Assembly: GCA_000165425.1 (NCBI GenBank)
Contig: CT868518.1
Span: 124,001-188,000 of the forward strand
DNA from: Paramecium tetraurelia
Taxonomy: Eukaryota
Reading direction: 5' to 3'
DNA: 64,000 bases
This document shows positions 13,479 through 24,823 of this stretch, piece after piece. Numbering within the stretch: the first letter of the stretch is position 1; every line of letters begins with the position of its first letter. The translations under genes and the position numbers were made by a program. The notes below the pieces were generated by a model. It had not been told where the DNA came from, searched no databases, and saw nothing but the letters and a program-made list of their open reading frames with translations.

Positions 13479-14962
13479 TCATAATAAATCCATCATCAGT
13501 TTTTTGAACTATTCCAAACTCATCTATGATTAAAAATAAGTATATACTCTTTTGCTATTACAGAATTCTATCATGTTATTTTCGATCTTCTCCTCATCGC
13601 AATTTTTCAACCTACTGAAATTCGAAGGTACTATGTGCTCTTTCCTTGATAACTCTTTGAAAGCGGCTTCTAAATTTAAATCAGTTATTAATGCTTTTCT
13701 ATCGCAAGAATGAAGAATAAACTCATCAAGATCGATTTCTCCATTTCCATCACAATCGATGTTCTCAAACAAATCATCTATGATCTCATCAATTCCTAAA
13801 GCAATTTGAAGTTCTTCTTTTGAAAGGGTGCCATTTTTATTTTCGTCATTCTTTTTAAAAATCTTCTCCAATTACAATTGGCGTTCTTTGAAAAAAATGG
13901 AATTCATTAGAATTAGAATTTATTGTTGAATATATGAGGTTCTTTTGACAGATTTGTTGATTATGGTTTCTGTGTATCTGGCTTCCTACTTTTGTACTAT
14001 TTCTCTATATTGTTTATTCTACAAGACTGATTCATAAATTATGGAGCTCCTTGATTCCAACAAGAGTACAACCAATTGATACCATTCAGTCCTTGTTGGT
14101 AGATCTTTTGGTCTCTTGATAATCATTTCGACTGTTTACGAAGTGATTGGTTTGTTGGTTATCAATTGAAATAAGATTAGGGCAACCGCTTAGCGATCAT
14201 CCTTTTGCATTTCACTAATCTTCGACTTCTCCTTGGCTTAAAATACTGGGATGACATCAATCAGTTTCACGTAATGATTGTTTGTTTAATCATGCAACGC
14301 AAAACTTGATATAGAAAGACTACCATGACAATTATCTTGTTTGTGAATTTCCTCCAAAATATCCAAAATTTAAGATATTATGTAGATTGCCTCCTCTTCC
14401 TTGATCAAGCCACATTTATCACTCAGCAAGCCTCCACTGCAATACTCTTATATTGCGTAATAACTTTTGGAATCTTGGTATAATTCAATGATGTTGGCAA
14501 AATGAAGAGAACACTAAAGTTAAATAATGTAGACTACATAGCTCTATTCTTGGAGATTAGTAATTAGGTGGTCAAAATCTTGGTTAGCTTCAGTGGGTTT
14601 CGAGATGTTTCTTGCCACTCTTACCACACCAGTAATATTGTGCTGGACTAGTCCCATATTGTCATTATCTAAGGATTACTAAACAGCCTACTTTTATAAA
14701 CAAATTAGGGATTGAGAACTGCGTAAAACTTGGCCAATGCTTCTCCATAAACTCTCTTTTTTATTTTGGAAACAATCACGCTTTTGCACGTTACCAACTT
14801 TTCTTTTGATGAGTAGCAATGTATTGAAGGCATAGTTTTATGGCGAGGAACAACATTTTCTTTAACCTTCACTTTCTCTTAGATTGTTTGTTCACTCTCT
14901 ATTTGGAGTTGTTTTTATTTGAGAGATTTCCTTCTATCTGAACGAGACTAGCAAACTCCCAT
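13479..14962 (-). CDS. Calcium-dependent protein kinase (CDPK)-like pseudokinase with EF-hands
   Basis: MGVCQS acylation-type N-terminus; kinase-fold remnants IIELYQDSKSYYAIQEYCSGGLL, HKQDNCHGSLSISS and VKLIDVI; EF-hands DENKNGTLSKEE and DCDGNGEIDLDE. Confidence 0.8.
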
Positions 14963-15202
14963 AATTTAATAAATTAGTTTTAAATTTACAAAACTGCATA
15001 ATAATAATGCCAATAATAATAGTATTATGCTATCACATATTAAGTATAATAATAATCCTTCATACGTGATTTTTGATGGAATATATTAATTACTTTATTT
15101 AAATACATAATTAATATATTATTTTATGACATTATTAAAAATCACTTTGACATATCTCTGCCAATTAAATGAAGTATTTATATTGTAAATAATATATATG
15201 AT

Positions 15203-15330
15203 AAAAATGATTTCGTTTGTTTAATTTAGAACGAGCTCAGCTTCCGGAATAGGAGCCTTGCCCGCAACCTATTAAATAGGTTTAAACTTGGATAGCTTTC
15301 TAAATTTGAATCTTGGAAGGATTAAGGTTT
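15203..15330 (-). ncRNA. Candidate small non-coding RNA gene, copy 2 (inverted paralog of 1040-1167)
   Basis: 15194-15295 is the exact reverse complement of 1075-1176; the 5' segment differs but keeps CAAGATTCA; upstream element and TAGTATATAAAG box on the minus strand; T5 run at 15203-15207. Confidence 0.65.
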
Positions 15331-15375
15331 ACTAATAATTATTTTTTCTTTATATACTAATGAATTAATTTTATT

Positions 15376-15386
15376 ATTATGGGTTT
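15376..15386 (-). promoter_or_regulatory. Ciliate snRNA-type upstream sequence element (AAACCCATAAT) of candidate ncRNA copy 2
   Basis: The + strand reads ttatgggtttt; the CCC start is 88 nt from the conserved block, as in copy 1. Confidence 0.65.
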
Positions 15387-15669
15387 TAATTAAGATAATA
15401 ATCGTAATATAATTTGAGTATTTTACTTCCAAAACTCTACAAATAAGTAATTTAGGCAATCATGCACTCTTCCATAGAAGTTTATCTAGAATCCACGTTT
15501 TAACTTAGAAAAATCGTGAAACTCCAATTTCATTAGTACTATAGATTGTATGTCTCATCTATACTAATGGATTGTTAGATTCTTAATGTGTACTAATTTC
15601 TATAAAATGTGGATATTTACAAGGTTTGTAATAGTTATTTAATATTAGTTTATAATTAATCTTTAAATA

Positions 15670-16509
15670 ATGTAAAGCTAATTAAGTGACTATGAGTATC
15701 TTAGTACGATTTTGTAAAAAAATAGTAGTTGCTTTAATTTAAACAAAAAATTAACCCTTTATATTAGGCCGCAGAATCGCAATGAAAAGAGAAGAAAAAA
15801 ACACTCATCTTGCAGCACAGAAGACATCAACCCCAAACTTTATGATTCACTAATAAAAAAGAAAGTAGATTTAAGTGCATCTGGTACAAGTGAGGGCCAA
15901 GGAAATTAGAAAAATAAAATACGAATTGCTTTTAAGCCAATCATTAGATTGAGAAATAAGTTTCTTAATGGGAACAACCCTAATGGCTATTCACTTGTAA
16001 ATTATAAAGAAATAGTATGCAATTTTTGTCTATTGCATCTCGATAATCAATACTCCAAATAAGAAGAAAACTAATCATTTTCCATAATAACCTTAGAATA
16101 ACATCAACAGACACATTCTCAAACCATTACAACGTAATGTAAACATAAGTATCATTACGATTGTTTCCAAAATAACATTAAGCAACAATTGGATTAATAA
16201 AAATCAACAATTTCTTGCATATGCGGAAAAAAAATAAATAATAAACTGTTAAAATCATATGCCTCTGAAGTGCTATTAAAGAAACTATTGAAAATCTAAC
16301 TTGAAACCATTTACTAAAAATACTAAGAATAACTTAATTTGAAGTAATGTAATACATGCACCTTCTTTTGGGTAAAGTGTGACACCTAATTATATCTCCC
16401 AATTTGCATTTATTGTTTGCTATCACACAATGCTAATGATACTACAAAATCCTCGAATTTGAGTTAATTCAACAAATAAAAGAGGTTGAGATCAATTAGC
16501 ATGTAGTGA
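15670..16509 (+). CDS. Hypothetical zinc-finger protein (degenerate RING plus IBR-like Cys cluster)
   Basis: Uninterrupted ciliate-code ORF; CNFC...CKHKYHYDC...CIC and a C-terminal CNTCTFFWVKC...CIYC. Confidence 0.65.
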
Positions 16510-16667
16510 TTGCTATTAATAATAATTTATTATGAACTCGTATTCAGCTTATTCTTTTCGTTAATTTCACTATTAGGTTCAAAAACTGTATTCAAAGTGT
16601 GGCAGCCCTATTTTAATCATATAGAAATATAATTATTATTATTTAAGATTTATTTAAGTCAATTTTA

Positions 16668-17313
16668 ATGGACTCACTCCCAACTCACTTTAGAAAACAA
16701 AAAAGAGAAATTTCTTAGATCCTCTAATCAAGTTAAAACCTCCTATAATTGTAAATTTGAATTTAGAGTTAATAGATCCCAATAATTGGTTTAGACTAGT
16801 TAATCAGAAATAAATTCTTAGACAGGTCCCAGATTAAATCCAAATTAAATTGAAAGCAAAACTGGAGACACTGGAGATCTTTTAGAAAGTGGAAATTTAC
16901 TACAATATAGCGAGAATTCTTTATAGACTTCATAGAGTATTTTTCTTTAGCAATTCACTGAAAGTGGTTCTTTTTTAAATTAATATTGCCAACATATTTC
17001 CCTTACTCAAGAAGTTGAAAATAGGTTATTCGAATAAATTAAGCAGGCCTCTACTTGCAAATTTAAGAATATTTGTACTAAAAATTGTTAAATGAAATTT
17101 AATCCTGCCTACACGAGTGTTTAATAAATTTTGTTATATTAACTCTATGAAAATTAAATAGTTGAATTGAAAAACAATCTATTAAAGAATAACTCATAGA
17201 AGCTCAAGATTTGTGATGGCCAAGGGTGTGAATTCTATTTTATATTGGATGATTAATTATAAAAAAGAAATTATTATTGCCCTTTATGTTTAGATAGTTT
17301 TGAGTTAAGATGA
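16668..17313 (+). CDS. Hypothetical protein with C-terminal IBR-like Cys cluster, probably related to the upstream gene
   Basis: One ~25-nt intron near 16751; ends KICDGQGCEFYFILDDQLQKRNYYCPLCLDSFELR*. Confidence 0.55.
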
Positions 17314-17699
17314 TGAGTAATATAAAAATAATAATTGTTATAATTATCATTGTAATATGAACTTTTACATCAATGCCGTTATCAGATGATGTAAAAGCAT
17401 AAAAAAAAAACTTTATTCTATTTAAATTTAATGAGCAAGGAAATTGCAAGATTCCAAATCTATACTTATAATCAATCGTTTAACTAAAAATTAATTGATT
17501 GCAGCATTTTGGAAAGCTTATTAACTTAATTTATAAGAGAATAATTTTAGTTAATATTATTACTCAAAAATATGAATATATTAATAATTTAATAAAATTA
17601 AATCTTTAGGAATTTCAAAGTTGAATAAAATTTATTGTCAGAAAACAAAAAGCTGTCAATAATTTAATTTTCGATAGTTTTATTAATAACATATTAATA

Positions 17700-20600
17700 A
17701 TGAAAAGCTACTCTCCAGTATTAAATTAATCCAAAGGGACTACAACTGGTTTCTTAAAAAAATTATTAGATTACAAAGTTAATCTTAACTCGAATCGATC
17801 CAGCAAAATATAATCAATTTCAAGTTTTTAAAGAGATATTTCTCACCTTGCTGATTCATTTAGACATAAGACACTGTAATAGTAAATAAAGGAAAAGCAG
17901 CAAATAGCAGAAATGAGATTGAGTGAATATATTCTTAAGCAAAAAGAGAGAAAACACAATTAGCAGTATATGATTTAAAGTCAAAGGTACTACTATAAAA
18001 CATAAAATCTCGAAAATACATTCGATGATGTACTTTAAATTTTAGAAAAATATTCTGACTTCAATCTGAATTGGGTAGCCTAAGACTTACAGGAAGTGAG
18101 CGGGAATAGGAAAAATGCAATGCTAAATTTAAAAACAACCATAGAAAATGGATTAGAAAAGGGCTACTTCGAAGACATTTCAAGCATATAGAATGCAGAG
18201 AGGCAATTGTCAATAAAGAAAAAAATACGTACTTATCTGAATAATATTTGGGATAGTTAAAGACATGAAACACACAAGTACACATTTCTTTTCGAGTGAG
18301 CCTACTGGGAGAAATGATGCTATTAATCTAAAGAAATGGCTTTAAAATCAATTGGAGAGTATTTCCTAAAATCCAAGTATTGATCACAAATCTAAATTGT
18401 AATAAGCAAGTGATGTTCTATTTATATGCCTGAATGAATTGATTAGATAGGTTTCATTTTAATGTACAGAGAGAGGATAGTTGATGCTCGCAATCTTTAA
18501 GGGTTATATAAAAGTATTTAGAAAAACCATTAATATGTCTGAGTCTGATAAGTAACAAATGCAAATTAAGGGTTACAAAAGTTAATTGGAACAATAAGTA
18601 GAATTTGAGTAACAACAAGATGATTTGAATGAAAAGATACTTGATCTCAAGAAAGTTATACAACAATAGGAGAAAAAATTGAAAACCCAATAGGATGATG
18701 AACAAAATTTGATTGCGATAGTTTAAAAGTTGACAAAGTAGAACGAACTCGATAAATCCATGAAGAAAGGTGCTGCCACTTTGATATCAAATTTAAATAG
18801 AGAAATTAAAGAACTGAGAAATAAAATATCGAAGATCTAATATATGAAGCAATCTGGCTTTTAAGTTGTATAAGTTGAAGAAGATGTAGATGAATAGGAT
18901 TTATCATTATCTTAAGTATTAAAAGAGGTTGAATAAAAAACATGTGTTGAATAGAATCCTGATATAGTTGTTAAAGACATTGTGGATGAACCACCAAAGA
19001 TAACATTCTCTGTTAATTGTTAAACTGAAATCCCTACTCGTACTTTTGAAACTTAAACGGATTTAAATTTAATAGGTCATTAGTATGATAAAATAATCAA
19101 TTAATAAGAATTAGATTAGCATTTCAAAGAATACTAACTTAAAGAGTAAATGGGTTTCTTCCTCTAAGAAGATTAACCACAATCTTCAAATAATAAGAAT
19201 GTCTAATCTCATCTTTAAATGTAGCAAACCAAGGAGCAGAGATCAAGTTTAATAAGAATATTAGATGGATTGCCAGGCAGCATGGATCACATAAGGAATA
19301 TGAAGAAGGAGGATATGTTTGATTTATTTGCCAATAATATGAAAACTTTGAGAGATTTGTTTGATAAGGAAGAACCATAAGAAAAATAAATTTAGAGTGA
19401 TTCAGAGTAATCAATGTTTGTGGAGCCTCCAGAAGTTAACAGTGATGAGAAGAGATCTACTCATAAGGATTCTAAAAATAATATTAAATTGATTGCTGAA
19501 GTCGCAGAAATGGAGGAGGCTTCTCCAATGCCTACTAGTCAAAAAAGAATAAATTTTAGTTTAAAGAAGTTATCATTTGAAAAAATTGAAGTCTAGTCTG
19601 TAAAAAATAATACTAATACTAATTCTTCAAAATAAAATCAAAAGTCTAATAAAAGGCAATTGGAGAAGATGTTTAGTTCTGAGAAGTTGGCATTACCAAC
19701 TGTAAAAGAGTTTTAACCAAATGAACTCAATCAAACTTAGATGCTAACTAATTCAAATCTAAATATCGTCAATTCAAATTCATCAGTAATTCAAAGTAGT
19801 TAAAATTTGTAAGCTAATTCTATTGCTAATAAATTTGGATTAAGCAAACAAGAATAGATTCAATTGAAAACTCAAGTAGCTATGTTAATTATGTTGTATA
19901 ACTTATAAATTCAGAAATCATAAAACTTAACTAAATCTATGAATGATTTTGCAGGCTTGTTAAATCAACTCTTTTCATTTACTCGAAAGTTGATGATTCA
20001 CATCTTGAGAACACAATAATAGAGTCACAAATAAATAGCTGAGCAATTCTTAGTTGAATTTGATTCTTTACGTAAAAGAATGCCTGTTGAATTGGATGCA
20101 GAGATTTAAGAGGAAGAGTATATTATAAATGAATTAGATGAAGAGGAAGAGAAGGAGAAGAAGAAATAAATACAATTTAAGAGAAAGAAAAATAGAATTA
20201 CAAAAGCATTACAATTTAATTTTTAAACAAAACAGAACAAAGTAAATGTGATTGACAGACTGATGCATCCAGGAGTAATATTGGCAGTTAAGGCTAGGGA
20301 ACAATCATATTTGTTTAAGAAGGTAGTAAATTATTGGCCTTTGAAAAATGTGTTAAGAACAATTACCTAATTGTATGATGAAAAGGTTAGGAGTAGTAAA
20401 GAGTATGAGACACAAAAGGACCTCGAGATGCAAATATTTGTTTTTAATAATTTTTTAAATAGATATGGGTTTAAGAATGTTGCTGAAAAGAAATACTTAC
20501 AATTTCTACTTTCAGTTATTCATTTCTCATCCATTTTTAGGGTAAATGTATTTGCCAGAATGATTGCTATACTATAAGACGAGCATTTGAACTTTTCAAT

Positions 20601-21453
20601 TGAAGAATCGTCCTTCTTTTTATAGGGTTATGATTTCATGTGTTCTGAGTCAACATTAGGAGTAAATGTTGTTCAAAGTGAAAGTGAACAAAAGTTTCAT
20701 GTTCCTTATCTAAGAGCTTTGGATTATATGAAGGTCTATTTAGAAAACAAAATGATGGAAGATGAACTAAGAGATTTGAAAAATGATTTAGAAAACTTAA
20801 AGGAACCAGATCCTAAGAATTTAAATAAATAAGGATTGATTGATGTTGATAATTTCCTTATTAAAGTAATGAATAAATATAGAATCATTACTATAAGGAC
20901 TAAGGAGTTTGTAATTCATGCATTTTAAGCAGCAGATTTAGATGGAAACAAAAAGATTAATAATAATGAATTTATTACATTATTTAGACATATAGAACAT
21001 CAAAAATTCAATTTTAAGGAGGCTATGAATTTGTTTTATGAATAAGCAGACATTATCTCAGTTGATGAACGAAGTCTATCATTTAATAGATTTACTTCTG
21101 TATGTGTGAGCCAATAGATCTTTACTTTCTAGGCTCTTAATCATTTTATTAATGTAAGGACAAATGATGATGTAGAGAAGTAATTCTTATAAGTGAGGTA
21201 GGAATGGCAAAATTATAAATTAGAAATAGAAAGCACTTTGAAAGAATTATAACCCTATGTTACTCCTGAAATCTTCTCAGAGTGGAACACTATTATAAAA
21301 ACTCTCGAGTAAAGAATTATGAGTCAAACAAATCAACACTCAAGCATCAAACCCATCTTGATAGCTCATAAAATATTGAAATTAGAATTGAAGAGATTAT
21401 TAAATGTTGGACATTAAGAAGATGACATTGATGAAAATGCAGTAATTTTATGA
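17700..21453 (+). CDS. Large coiled-coil protein with axonemal dynein light chain (p28-type) domain and C-terminal EF-hand
   Basis: CLNELIRQVSFQCTERGQLM (Ax_dynein_light signature) at ~18430-18490; long coiled coil; FVFNNFLNRYGFKNVAEKK region; EF-hand DLDGNKKINNNE; TGA at 21451-21453. Confidence 0.75.
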
Positions 21454-21498
21454 AGACAGTTATATAATATTAAAACCCCTTCTTAATATAAAATTAAA

Positions 21499-21973
21499 TC
21501 ATACAGGACTAATTTGGATGTCTTGTTTAAGTTTTCTTATGTCACCAGAGAACATATAATCTTATAATTGTCTATGATATTATATAAACTATCTATCCAA
21601 TAATTCATACTAAGCTCTTTGACCAAAAATAGATTAGACCTATATGATAGAGAAATCAAATTACTTAGAGTGGTCCAAAGAGTAACAATGCTTTTGTCAA
21701 TATTCTAGCCCATCTTTTCTCTATTCTATTAAGATAGGGAATTTTTTTATAGAAAATTACTGATAAGGCTGACATTGCAAATATTCCACCGCCTAAATAG
21801 ACATAATATTTATAGAGCTCCTATTGCTCTTTTTACTCATTCTGTGTAAATAATACCATTTATTTCTAATGCCTTACGGGATTGAATAATTAATCTGTAA
21901 ACTCCTGTAAACTTACTTATTTGATATGTTTGTATATGTAATCATTCCCATAGAAATCTCTTTGCTGCATCAT
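21499..21973 (-). CDS. Small membrane protein (~150 aa), hypothetical
   Basis: MMQQRDFYGNDYIYKH...YYVYLGGGIFAMSALSVIFYKKIPYLNRIEKRWARILTKALLLFGPLQ / 25-nt intron / VQSIFG...DIQISPV*. Confidence 0.65.
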
Positions 21974-22288
21974 TGATAAAATTTAATTATTTTAATTGTA
22001 ATTTTATTGCATTAGATAAAATAGTTACTCTTGTTAAAATTCTATGTGATATTTTTCTCTTAAATTGAACTTCTATTCTTAGCAATTTCCATAAGAATTA
22101 GCAAATCCACTAATAACATTTGATTAAAAAAGCTTTTTTACACACAAAAAGAGTTCTATAAATTAATACAGAATTATATATAAAAAAGGTTGGTAGAAAA
22201 GAAGGAAGTTACTCATATGAAGTTTTAAACCATTCTAATATGTCTATTAGTTGATGTTTATAATAACATTCCCAAAATTAATTATTAA

Positions 22289-23714
22289 ATGGGAAATGAA
22301 TTTTGCCTATCCAAAAGATCACCAAAACGGACAATTTTGAATGATGAGGAGAGACAATAAGTTAAAAGACTGTACAAGAAGCTCATTTCTAGACATGATG
22401 AGTAAGTTATTAATTTGATTATTGAACTTACAAGAATGATTATTTGAATGAAGAATGCTTTCAATATCTCCTGAAAAACAGGCCAACCATCGCTCTGAAA
22501 TTATATAAATACATGGTTTTTCACTTCTCTGATGAGAGACCATCATTTGAAGCATTTGAGGATTTAGGTGAGAGTTAATCTAATGTTTTTTTTAGTTGGC
22601 AAATTGACTAAGCCAGAAACTTTAAATAGAATGACTAGAACAGAGTAATATTCAATTATTTCAATTTAAAAGATAAACATGGCTAAAATTGATTACGATT
22701 AGGAAAAGATCTCATACTTGGATGCATTTGATTTATTAAGTGAAATTGAATACTTCATATGGGAATAAGGATATTTTGTTACAGATTATTTAATTTAGGA
22801 TGAATACACGACAAGATCTATCCTCAGTAGACTATTTACATCTTCTGCAGGTTCTATAATGTTCTATGAACTTACAATATTTTTAGAGCAAAACTTCCCT
22901 TGCTTATCAATATTATTAACAAAATACTTCAATCAATTGTTTATTTCCCAAAGAAATTATAATCAATTGTCAAAGTTTCAAAAACCTTCTTATTTAATTA
23001 ATAATTCTACTTTTGGATATATGGCCATTAGTAGTTCTGTGATTTAAGAAGCAGACTCCTTTGATTTGCTATGGACTAGTGTAAAGGGATGGAATTTTGA
23101 CCAATTGTATGCAGCTCTAATAGGATTTAAGGGAGCCACCCTTATCTTAATCAAATTTGATGATAGCACTGAAAATGATAGTGATGAAGAAGAAAATTAA
23201 AAATAAAAAAAAATAAAAGCTAAAAGCAATAAACACTGCATTGTGGGAGCACTAAATTCAACACAATGGATTGAGACTAATTCATATTAAGGAACTAGCT
23301 AATCGATATTATTTCAATTGTATCCGACTTACACTCCTTTTAATGTTGCAACTGATGTTTTTAAATCTAAAAGACCTGGATCTCAAAATTACTGTTATTT
23401 AAATAAAACTGACAATAAGAAAGGATTGGGATTTGGAGGAGACATGAAATAATTTAGATTGTGGATCTCAGCTCAAAATATATAATAATCCAGTTATGCA
23501 GCTAAATAGGGGGAACCATACATAAAGGGTATTCTATTATCGTAGATATATTTTAGGGGACTTAATTGATCCTTCAATACAGACACCTACTATTACATAC
23601 ATGGAAGCTTGGGGAGTAGGCAACCAAAATTTGGAATGTGAGAGTAGTAGCGAGGAGGAAATTAAGTGTTATAGAGAATCTACAAATGATTTATTATTAA
23701 AATATTAATCGTGA
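22289..23714 (+). CDS. TLDc-domain protein with N-myristoylation-like start (MEAK7/TLDC1-like)
   Basis: MGNEFC start; KGWNFDQLYAALIGFKGATLILIK, GLGFGGDMKQFRLWIS and MEAWGVG TLDc motifs; several short introns. Confidence 0.8.
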
Positions 23715-23945
23715 TCGATAATTCTTGAATATGGATTCTTGTAAATTACAAGTTAAGGACTTATTTTTGGGTTGAATAAGATATTTAATCAAACTATTAT
23801 TGGATTATGGCGTTTGCATGATGTGAAAATCTTTACAAATCTTGAATAAAATTAATACTGTTTTTTTAATATTTATTTCAGATTTAATTGGCTTAAAACA
23901 GAATATAATTTCAATTGTTCAAAAATCATTATTTTTAATTTAACA

Positions 23946-24608
23946 ATGCTTAACATAAAAACTGAAGAGTCTTATGAATCAAATTCAATAAATAGATATG
24001 ATTCTTAAATGTAGAATTAAGATCGTAAATTTGTTTTACATGCTAATTTGAATGAAATATCCAGAAAACAATATAATTAAGAAAGAAAATTGGTTCTACC
24101 TTAAATTAAGGTTCCCCATTCCCAAACAGAGTAATCGGAAGAAAGCCCAGGGATTCAGATGTTCAAAAATCGATTGGAATGCGTAAAATTACCTGAAATT
24201 GATGAGAAGTTTTTTATAAGAAAGTCTTTCAACATTGACTTGATGAATAAACCGAAAGTTTATTCCCATTCTCATTAAGTGTCAAGGGAAGAATATGAAT
24301 TCGCCAATTCAGAAAAAAATATTGATGCGTTGATCACTAAAAAAGTTGATTTTTAAGATGATGTAATGGTTTATGATTATGTCAACCAAACCTGCAAAAA
24401 GGATTGCATTAAAGGATAGGGCAAATCCATTAAGATGAGAAGGTAAAAGACAAGAAAACTAAGTGATGATCTCACCTAAACATACAAATAAAATTTAAGG
24501 ATGAATAACCTATTAAAATTAAATCCCAAATCTCATTTTTTCGAGGAAAACTCTAAAGAATCACAAAAAGTTATCATAAGTGAAAATCTAATGGATGATA
24601 ACATTTGA
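23946..24608 (+). CDS. Hypothetical protein (KKVDF, RVxF-like motif)
   Basis: In-frame ATG to TGA, 220 aa in ciliate code; ITKKVDFQDDVMVYDY. Confidence 0.6.
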
Positions 24609-24823
24609 TTTTATTACATCATCTATTAATTTTGAAATTACAAATACTATATATTATAAATTTTCACAGTATGATTATTAAATAAGTAGGATGATCATTT
24701 TGTTTTAATGTATAAAAATTAGTTTAATAAAGACACACTTAGTAATAAGATACAGAGAATCATTTTAAAACTTAGGAGCATTTTTTCGATCAATTAATTA
24801 AAAAGCCTAAATATTAAAATATA

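Noticed and set aside
1075..15295. Inverted 102-bp repeats as terminal inverted repeats of a 14-kb transposon
   Set aside because: No transposase or target-site duplication was seen, the enclosed genes are ordinary host genes, and similarity extends outward into a spaced promoter-like element, which fits duplicated RNA genes better
15207..15660. Plus-strand ORF MISFVQFRTSSASGIGALP... across ncRNA copy 2
   Set aside because: Long frames arise easily with a single stop codon; the copies show no synonymous divergence and the promoter-like element points the other way
15827..15837. CAACCCCAAA telomerase-template or telomere-like word; similar AAAACCCC at ~21472 and ~35409
   Set aside because: Single short words, two of them inside coding frames; no tandem telomeric array or telomerase RNA context
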